DNA of 60,743 bases. Origin: Candidatus Woesearchaeota archaeon (lineage in GTDB: Archaea; Nanobdellota; Nanobdellia; Woesearchaeales; JAGVZT01). Position numbers and translations under genes: made by a program. Numbering within the stretch: the first letter of the stretch is position 1; each line of letters opens with the position of its first letter. The notes beneath the pieces are model-generated. The model worked only from the letters and a program-made list of their open reading frames with translations. It had not been told where the DNA came from and searched no databases. This document shows positions 48,855-55,590 of this stretch, in pieces. Location: positions 1 to 60,743 of the forward strand of contig JAGVZT010000046.1 of NCBI GenBank assembly GCA_018302335.1, in the 5' to 3' direction.

Positions 48855-49737
48855 CGCCATCGTCACCGTGCCGCCGCATGCCTCCTTCATCACGGAGGTG
48901 GCGTGCCATCCCCTCGTGTCGGGGCTGCGCCTCAACACCGTCATGCCGGTCAAGGGCTCCCTGGAGGATACGCTGAAGCGCCTGCTGGACACCGGGAAGA
49001 CCATCTACGTCGATCTGAAGTGCAGGCAGCTGCGCGTCAGAACCTTCGGAGTGCCGCCCTTCACCGAGATTGAGCTGACCCATCGCATCGCCGTAGAAAC
49101 GCCGGTCACGGCGTACTTCAGCGGCGGGAAAGAGCGCGCGACGGTGCTGGAGGTGGACGGGAACAGGCTCATCATGGCCGAGGGTCCTCATCGCGTGGTG
49201 GGACCGGGCGAGAGCGTCAACATCCCGCATCCCTCGCTCCGCGTGGAAGGGTACCTCACCGAGCTGGACAGGAGATACATCGAGGCAGGGGCGCGCGTCG
49301 GCGTGCGGGACTACATGCTGTCCTTCGTGGAGAGCGGCCGTGATATCACCGAGCTGACCGCGCTGCTCCCGGAGGCGCGCGTCGTGGCGAAGATAGAGTC
49401 AGCGCGGGGACTAGGGTACATCGCGGCCGAGTGGGACCACGAAGCGCGATTGATGGCCGCGCGAGGAGACCTCTACCTCGAGGTCGAGCGGCCGCACCAC
49501 ATCGCGGCGGCGCTGGACAGCATCATCCGCACCGACGCGAGCGCCATCGTCGCATCACGGCTGTTCGACTCCATGGCACTGCACGCTGAGCCGGAAAGCG
49601 CGGACATCATGGACGCGGATGCCCTGCTCCGCATGGGCTACCGGACCTTCATGCTCGGGGACGAGGTCTGCCTGAAGCGGGAATCGGTCCTGGGAGCATT
49701 GAATCTGCTGGAGGCAGTCGCGGAGCGATACGCTTAA
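48847..49737 (+). CDS. Pyruvate-kinase-fold protein lacking the C-terminal domain
   Basis: GLRLN, DLKCRQLR, B domain, LSFV, AKIES, ARGDL, SRLFDSM, MLGDE. Confidence 0.82.
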   Translation: MPDAIVTVPPHASFITEVACHPLVSGLRLNTVMPVKGSLEDTLKRLLDTGKTIYVDLKCRQLRVRTFGVPPFTEIELTHRIAVETPVTAYFSGGKERATVLEVDGNRLIMAEGPHRVVGPGESVNIPHPSLRVEGYLTELDRRYIEAGARVGVRDYMLSFVESGRDITELTALLPEARVVAKIESARGLGYIAAEWDHEARLMAARGDLYLEVERPHHIAAALDSIIRTDASAIVASRLFDSMALHAEPESADIMDADALLRMGYRTFMLGDEVCLKRESVLGALNLLEAVAERYA

Positions 49738-49766
49738 AGCGGCGGCGTCGCTCCGGAGGGACAGGA

Positions 49767-50264
49767 ATGGCAAAGACGCGGAATCCGCCTACTGCGGTGG
49801 ATGTGGTCATCGAGCTGTACCGTCCGGGAACGAATCTCGCTGGCCCGGAACTGGAAGCGCTGGAGGGCATCGTGCTCATCGAGCGCGGCCGTCCTCCATT
49901 CCAGGGAAAATGGGCCCTCCCTGGCGGCTTCCAGGAGTACGGGGAGTCTCTGGAGCAAACGGCAGTACGAGAGGCGAAGGAGGAGACAGGTCTGGATGTC
50001 GTGCTGGTGTCACAGCTCTCGACTTATTCTGCCCCTGACCGCGACCCGCGCGGGCATGTCAACTCCGTCGGCTATATCGCGCGGGCGACTGGCTCTCCGC
50101 TAGGCGCTGATGACGCAGCGCAGGCGCAGGTCTTCCCGTTGGACCAGCTGCCCGAGCTGGCCTTCGACCATGCGAAGCGAATAGAGGAGGACTACTGGGG
50201 ATGGCGCTCACACCAGTCCCTGCGGAATCTCATCGACCGTCTCTACGGGGGAGACAGATGGTAG
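49767..50264 (+). CDS. NUDIX hydrolase (ADP-ribose pyrophosphatase-like)
   Basis: WALPGGF..GESLEQTAVREAKEETGL Nudix box, RDPR, DDA, LAFDH. Confidence 0.93.
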   Translation: MAKTRNPPTAVDVVIELYRPGTNLAGPELEALEGIVLIERGRPPFQGKWALPGGFQEYGESLEQTAVREAKEETGLDVVLVSQLSTYSAPDRDPRGHVNSVGYIARATGSPLGADDAAQAQVFPLDQLPELAFDHAKRIEEDYWGWRSHQSLRNLIDRLYGGDRW

Positions 50265-51250
50265 AACGCTACAAGGCGACGTTGCTCGGCTGCGGGATAG
50301 GCGACGCGCTGGGCCAGCAGGTGGAGGGCTGGTCCGCGGAGGAGATTGCGCGGTATGCCGGCCGCATCACCGGACTCATCGGCCAGCCTTACCTTCCCGC
50401 TGATGCGACCGTGCGCAGGCACAACAGGAAGAGAGGCGAATGCACGGATGACACCATCCTCACCCTTGCGGTCGCCGAGTCCATCGTCTCGTGCGGCGGG
50501 CTCAATCTCGAGGACATGTGCGCCCGGCAGCTCCGCGCGTACTCCGCGAGGAAGCGGCCCGACGGCAGCGTTGCCGGAGGCTTCGGCCGCACGACGCGGG
50601 AGGCATTCGAGCACATGCTGCGCGGCATTCCACCGGAGGACGCCGGTGTCGACGGACTTGGCAACGGGCCGGCGATGAAGATGGCACCCGTGGGACTGTA
50701 CATGGCATCCTCCGGGAGGTACGAGGAGGGCATCCGTTTCGCCGCAGCGCTCGGATACACCACGCACCTCGACCCGCGGAGCATCGCCTCGGGGGTGGTG
50801 CAGGCGCACGCCGTCTGCGCCCTGCTCTCCTACGCGACGCGCGATGCATTCCTGGATTCGCTGGTCGATGCGAGCGCCCGCTGCGAGTCCGCGCTCTCGC
50901 CTCCCCGTCAGCTTTCGAACGCAGGAAGCCTCACCGAGCGCCTTGCGTGGGTGCGGGACCACCGCGATGCGGACGCCGATACCGCGCATCGGGTCCTCGG
51001 CTCTTCGGGACTCGCGTTCGAATCGCATCCCTTCGCGCTCTTCATGCTCCAGCGCCACTGGCAGGAGCCGCTTTCGGGCATGCTCGCGACCATCAACGCA
51101 GGAGGAGACACCGACACCACCGGGGCATTGTACGGCGCGCTCTGCGGGGCGCTGCACGGCATGGTCTTCCCCGCGGAGTGGGTTACGCCGCTGGACTGGG
51201 AATCCCTTGTTGCGGCGGGGCAAGGTATTTATGCGCTCCGGAAACCCTAG
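50258..51250 (+). CDS. ADP-ribosylglycohydrolase (DraG/ARH family)
   Basis: GDALG, TDDT, GNGPAM..APVG, TH, GGDTDT. Confidence 0.93.
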   Translation: MVERYKATLLGCGIGDALGQQVEGWSAEEIARYAGRITGLIGQPYLPADATVRRHNRKRGECTDDTILTLAVAESIVSCGGLNLEDMCARQLRAYSARKRPDGSVAGGFGRTTREAFEHMLRGIPPEDAGVDGLGNGPAMKMAPVGLYMASSGRYEEGIRFAAALGYTTHLDPRSIASGVVQAHAVCALLSYATRDAFLDSLVDASARCESALSPPRQLSNAGSLTERLAWVRDHRDADADTAHRVLGSSGLAFESHPFALFMLQRHWQEPLSGMLATINAGGDTDTTGALYGALCGALHGMVFPAEWVTPLDWESLVAAGQGIYALRKP

Positions 51251-51254
51251 GGAC

Positions 51255-52082
51255 ATGAGCATGCTCATCGTCGCGCGGCAAAGCAAGTACGAGTGGGAGC
51301 TCGCCAAGGGCACCACGCACCAAGAACTCTGCCAGCGCTTTTCTTCTGCCCCGGAGAAGCTGGAAGCCATCCTGCAGAGCCACGAATCCCAGGTCCGAGT
51401 GCGAGAGGAACTGGCCTCGCTCACCTCGGCCGAGATGCGGATGCTCGGCGAGATTCACGAACCGCTTGCCCACGACCTGGTCATCTCGCTCGGAGGCGAC
51501 AACAGCTTCACCTACGTGAGCCATTACGTCACGGGCGTGCTGATGGGCGTGAACGCAGACCCCGGACGGAGCGCGGGCGCGCTGTGCTCCTGGAGCTCCG
51601 CGGACCTCGGCGCCGTGGTGAGGGCTGCGCAGGGCGAATATCGCGTGGAAGCATGGCCGAGACTCATCGCCGATGTCAATGGCGTCGCGATGCTTCCAGC
51701 GACCAGCGAATATTTCCTCGGGGAGCGCGAGCGCCTGCAGATGTCGCGGCATCTCCTGCGGTACCGCGGCACGGAGTACGACCAGAAGGGCTCCGGGCTG
51801 CTCATCGCGACCGGCGCAGGCTCGACAGGATGGTACCGCTCCTACGGCAGCGCGTTTCCGAGAACCGAGAGCAGAGCGGGCATCGCCCTGACGGAGCCCT
51901 TCATCGCGGCCGGACTGTCCCTTGGGGAGTTGCTTCCCGGGGAAGCCATCGAGGTGGTGTCCCTGAACGACAGCGAGGGCATCGTAAGCTGCGACTCCTG
52001 GCAGAGCGTTCCCTTCCCGAGCGGGGCGGTCGCGACGGTACGCATCGCTGAGACGGCGCTGCGCGTTGCCGTGCCGCGGTAA
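51255..52082 (+). CDS. NAD kinase, NADK2-like
   Basis: SKYEWE, LGGDNSF, GVNADP.RS.GALC, QKGSGLLIATGAGSTGW. Confidence 0.85.
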   Translation: MSMLIVARQSKYEWELAKGTTHQELCQRFSSAPEKLEAILQSHESQVRVREELASLTSAEMRMLGEIHEPLAHDLVISLGGDNSFTYVSHYVTGVLMGVNADPGRSAGALCSWSSADLGAVVRAAQGEYRVEAWPRLIADVNGVAMLPATSEYFLGERERLQMSRHLLRYRGTEYDQKGSGLLIATGAGSTGWYRSYGSAFPRTESRAGIALTEPFIAAGLSLGELLPGEAIEVVSLNDSEGIVSCDSWQSVPFPSGAVATVRIAETALRVAVPR

Positions 52083-52149
52083 GGGCGCGGGCCGCGGGGT
52101 GCTCGCCCGGGACTGCACATTTTTATATGGCCTCTGGCCCTTTCCTTCT

Positions 52150-53244
52150 GTGGGACGTCTCACGTCGTGGAAGCACTGGCCCCTGCTGCTCGGCGCAGTC
52201 ATCGTCGCTGCGGCGGTTCTTGCCGCTCTCCGCATCTCCCCTGAGGAGCAGGGGTACCGCGACGCGCTCCTGCTCAGCAGGGAATGGTACCTCAACAACC
52301 AGGACGACTTCTTCCTCCACTACACCTACTATCCTGAAGAGGACGCGTACAGCAACGAGACCCACAGGCTCCGGGAGGTGGCTGCGCTGTGGAATGTGGC
52401 GACGCTCGCCAATGAGCTCGACGACCCGGAACTGAGGACGCTGGCCCAGCGCGGTTTCTCTTCCTTCGAGAAAAGCTTCGAGTTCGACTCCGAGGGGAGG
52501 TTCTTCTACGTGGACATCACCCCGAAGAGCGTCAAGCTCGGCTACTCCGCCTTCATCATCCTCGCCCTGCTCGAGATGGAGCACCCGCGCAGGGACAACT
52601 ACCTCGACGGCTTCGCAGAGGGCATACTCTCCCTCCAGAACGAGGACGGCTCCTTCGACACCCACTTCTTCTCCAATAGCACGAGCAGCACGGACTATTA
52701 TCCCGGAGAGGCAATGACCGCCCTCATGGCGCTGTACTATCATGACGCCGATGAGCGCTATCTCAGCGCGGTGAAGAGGGCGTTCCCGTACTACATCTCT
52801 TACTGGAGGGGGAATCCAACCACCGCCTTTGTGCCCTGGCAAAGCCGCGCCTACAGCCAGCTGCACCGGACTGTGCCGGACACCATTGTCGGCGATTTCG
52901 TGTTCGAGATGAATGACTGGCTGCTCGAGAGGCACGAACCTTCAGGAGAGTGCAGGTATTTCGCATTTGACGACAGACGCAGCACCGTCGGCGTGTACAT
53001 GGAGGGGGTCGCCGAGGCGTATGCTCTCGCCAAGAGGCGCGGGGACGCCCTGCACGCGAGGTGCTACGGGAACTACCTGCGCGAGGGCGCCGGGTTCCTT
53101 GCCGACATGCAGGTGAAGGCGTCCGAGCACGCTGCTGCGGTCGGCGGCTTTCCCGGTGCTGACGGCTCCATGAGGGTGGACAGGCAGCAGCACGCGGTGT
53201 TCGCGCTCCTCGGGGCGTGCGATGCGGGCGCGATCGAGTGCTGA
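52150..53244 (+). CDS. Membrane-anchored extracellular protein with a probable alpha/alpha toroid fold (start uncertain)
   Basis: N-terminal TM helix, LQNEDGSF, YYPGEA, AFVPW, RVDRQQHA; TTTTATAT box about 22 nt before the GTG. Confidence 0.65.
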   Translation: MGRLTSWKHWPLLLGAVIVAAAVLAALRISPEEQGYRDALLLSREWYLNNQDDFFLHYTYYPEEDAYSNETHRLREVAALWNVATLANELDDPELRTLAQRGFSSFEKSFEFDSEGRFFYVDITPKSVKLGYSAFIILALLEMEHPRRDNYLDGFAEGILSLQNEDGSFDTHFFSNSTSSTDYYPGEAMTALMALYYHDADERYLSAVKRAFPYYISYWRGNPTTAFVPWQSRAYSQLHRTVPDTIVGDFVFEMNDWLLERHEPSGECRYFAFDDRRSTVGVYMEGVAEAYALAKRRGDALHARCYGNYLREGAGFLADMQVKASEHAAAVGGFPGADGSMRVDRQQHAVFALLGACDAGAIEC

Positions 53245-53419
53245 CATGATCCTCAACCTATCTCTGCTCTAGTAGCGTGAGGATTTGCAGATGCGCTGCC
53301 GCACCGGGCGTGCGGTGTCGGGGGCAGTGCCGCGGCAGGGCGCGCGCAAGCGACGTCCGGAAGACTTCCGTCTTTTCCCCGCATAGGCATATGAAGGCAT
53401 GCAGCGCCAATAGTCTTAT

Positions 53420-53737
53420 ATGTCTGAACATATTGCTAGAACATATGTTAGCGCATACCGGGGAAGGCTCTACCCAACGAAAGCGGCAGTCAGAGAGCTG
53501 CTGGACCTCGGACTGCGTCTTGAAGACTGCGTAAGGATTCTGGAGGATGGCTATGCACCACGGAAAAGGAAGAAAGGGACGGTCGAGCGCTGGCTGGACC
53601 GGGGGAAGAAGACCTACAACGTCGTTGCTGCGCGAAGTTGCGACGCGCTCGGAGAAGGCATCTGGCTGGTCATTCACGTCGGATGCTTCACGCGGCATCG
53701 TCTGCGTCTGCGGCGCAAGCACGGAGAGGAGCGCTGA
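53420..53737 (+). CDS. Putative RelE/DUF4258-like toxin (boundaries uncertain)
   Basis: PTKAAVREL..LG...ILEDGY..RKRKKG..E...VV...W.VIHVG; precedes an antitoxin-like ORF. Confidence 0.55.
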   Translation: MSEHIARTYVSAYRGRLYPTKAAVRELLDLGLRLEDCVRILEDGYAPRKRKKGTVERWLDRGKKTYNVVAARSCDALGEGIWLVIHVGCFTRHRLRLRRKHGEER

Positions 53738-54032
53738 CATCCGTTTCAACGGCTTCGTGACCGGCGGGTGGAAATGCGCGGCCTGCGGCGAAGAGTACGG
53801 GGACCCGGAGAAGACCGAGCAGACGCTTGTCCTCAGCAGGCTCCGGCAGCGCGGCAAGACGCTGAAGCTGAACAAGGTGAGGAGCAACCTCGTCATGCGT
53901 ATCCCGGTCGAGGTCAGCGAGGTCTTCGGGCTGCAGGACGGAGACTCTGTCGAACTCCGCATCGTGGGCGACGACATCGTGCTCCGCACCGCGAAGCCGC
54001 CGCTCGCGTGGATGCGGCGCAAGGCCACGTAG
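53697..54032 (+). CDS. Zn-ribbon (MqsA-like) plus AbrB-domain antitoxin-like protein; no nearby in-frame start
   Basis: CVCG...WKCAACGEEY, then LNKVRSNLVMRIP..V...GL..GD.V. Confidence 0.7.
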   Translation: MVCVCGASTERSADIRFNGFVTGGWKCAACGEEYGDPEKTEQTLVLSRLRQRGKTLKLNKVRSNLVMRIPVEVSEVFGLQDGDSVELRIVGDDIVLRTAKPPLAWMRRKAT

Positions 54033-54059
54033 AATCCACAGTCGGCCTCTCGTGACCGC

Positions 54060-54749
54060 TCACCCGACCGCATCGAAATAGGACCGCAGTTCCTCTTTCA
54101 GCTCGCCGATGGAATCGAACACGAACAGCACCTCGTTGAAGGTGGTGATGGCCTTGTCCCGCCTGAGGATATCGTGAATCCTGAACTTCTGCATCTTCGT
54201 ACCGCCGCTCATCACCTTGTCGGTCTCGCTCTTGGAGGAGATGATGCCCGCACCGAAGATTTTCATCTCGTCCTCCTCCATGATGAGGCCGAATTCGGTG
54301 CTGAACCACGCCAGTCGCTTGATGTTCTCCCGCTGCTCCTCGTTCGCGCGGCGGAAAACGGGAGCGAACATGTCCTGCAGCGCGGTGTAGTGAGGCAGGA
54401 CCATGAGCGGCATGTGGCCGAAGATATCATGGAACATGTCCGGCTCCGGCGTGAACTCCAGCTCTTCCCAGCTGCGCATGTAATCCGTGATGAGGAACTC
54501 CTTCTTGATGAAATGGTCGTTGTACCAGGGAAAGGCGTCGGTGTAGCGCACTGCGGTCCTCATGGTCCTCCATCCTGTGCGGGGGGTGATGACCGCGTTC
54601 AGCTCCTCCAGCTGCGGAATCCTGTCGTGAGGCAGCTTCAGGATGTCGAAGCCCCGCAGCCAGTCGCTGCACGCGTGCTTCCTCGCGCGCGGCAGCTGGT
54701 TGGCGTAGAGCCTTGCCCAAATCCTGTGCTGGTCCTCGGTGAACTCCAT
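54060..54749 (-). CDS. phhA: Phenylalanine 4-hydroxylase (pterin-dependent aromatic amino-acid hydroxylase)
   Basis: RIPQL, TGW, TPEPDMFHDIFGHMP (two Fe-binding His), WFSTEFGL (Fe-binding Glu), FGAGIISS. Confidence 0.92.
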   Translation of the reverse strand: MEFTEDQHRIWARLYANQLPRARKHACSDWLRGFDILKLPHDRIPQLEELNAVITPRTGWRTMRTAVRYTDAFPWYNDHFIKKEFLITDYMRSWEELEFTPEPDMFHDIFGHMPLMVLPHYTALQDMFAPVFRRANEEQRENIKRLAWFSTEFGLIMEEDEMKIFGAGIISSKSETDKVMSGGTKMQKFRIHDILRRDKAITTFNEVLFVFDSIGELKEELRSYFDAVG

Positions 54750-54856
54750 CCCGGACACTGAGGAACTCGCTTCTTTTAATGATTTTCGCCAGCCGACTCC
54801 CTGCTGGATACCGGGTGCGCGGCAAAGCTTATAATCCCTGAGGACAAGATGCACGC

Positions 54857-55459
54857 GTGCGCTGGCTCATCCTGGACTTCGACAATGTCATCTCTCCTAC
54901 GCACTACTGGTTCGACGCGTCCCTCGGAGAGGTCGCCAAGGAGCGGAGCCTCAACACGCGGAAGGCGGTCCTCTTCCTCTGCAGGCACATGCCGCAGTGG
55001 TTCCGCAACACCTGGAACACCTCGACCACCCTGGACAGGATGGGCCGTCATCTCCACCAGACTGTTCCCCTGCGGCTCTTCCGGGAGAAGCTCAAGGGGA
55101 CCCTGCGTCCGCAGCCCGAGGTCCTCAGGGCGGTCGCGGCGCTGCGCAAGCGCGGCGTGAAAGTCGCGGTGCTCACCGACAGCCCGGCCATCCGCATCCG
55201 GCTCATGCGCACGCTCCTCAAGGGCCAGTTTGATCATATCACCGGCTCGGGTTTTCTCGGCCATATGAAACGCGACCGGCGCTGCTTCCGGAAGCTCTGC
55301 GCAAGGCTCCGCGCGAAGCCCGAGGACTGCCTTCTCGTCGACGACCTCGAGCTGAACTGCGCCTCGGCGCGAAAGGCCGGGTTGCAAGCGCTGCGCTTCA
55401 GCATCGCAGAACGTCCTGCAAGGGAACTCGCGGCGAGGCTCCGTTCTCTCCGAGAGTGA
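54857..55459 (+). CDS. HAD-superfamily hydrolase
   Basis: LDFDNV, VLTD, K, LVDD...N..SA..AG. Confidence 0.85.
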   Translation: MRWLILDFDNVISPTHYWFDASLGEVAKERSLNTRKAVLFLCRHMPQWFRNTWNTSTTLDRMGRHLHQTVPLRLFREKLKGTLRPQPEVLRAVAALRKRGVKVAVLTDSPAIRIRLMRTLLKGQFDHITGSGFLGHMKRDRRCFRKLCARLRAKPEDCLLVDDLELNCASARKAGLQALRFSIAERPARELAARLRSLRE

Positions 55460-55460
55460 G

Positions 55461-55524
55461 CGGCCACATTGCGGAGAATGTCCGCCAGGCGAGACAGCAC
55501 GGAACCTGTGCGGTCTTCCGACCG
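55461..55524 (+). repeat. Dispersed palindromic repeat copy
   Basis: CGGCCACATTGCGGAGAATGTCCG..GCGAGACAGCACGGAAC..GCGGTCTTCCGACCG directly after a stop codon. Confidence 0.78.
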
Positions 55525-55590
55525 AGATTCCAGAGGCTCCGCATGGAACGCCGCCGATAACTATAAAACCACAGCGCGGACTGCCGGGGC

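Noticed and set aside
5666-55524. Dispersed repeats or the 61-nt duplication as a CRISPR array
   Set aside because: Copies are isolated and degenerate, with no regular repeat-spacer period and no cas genes.
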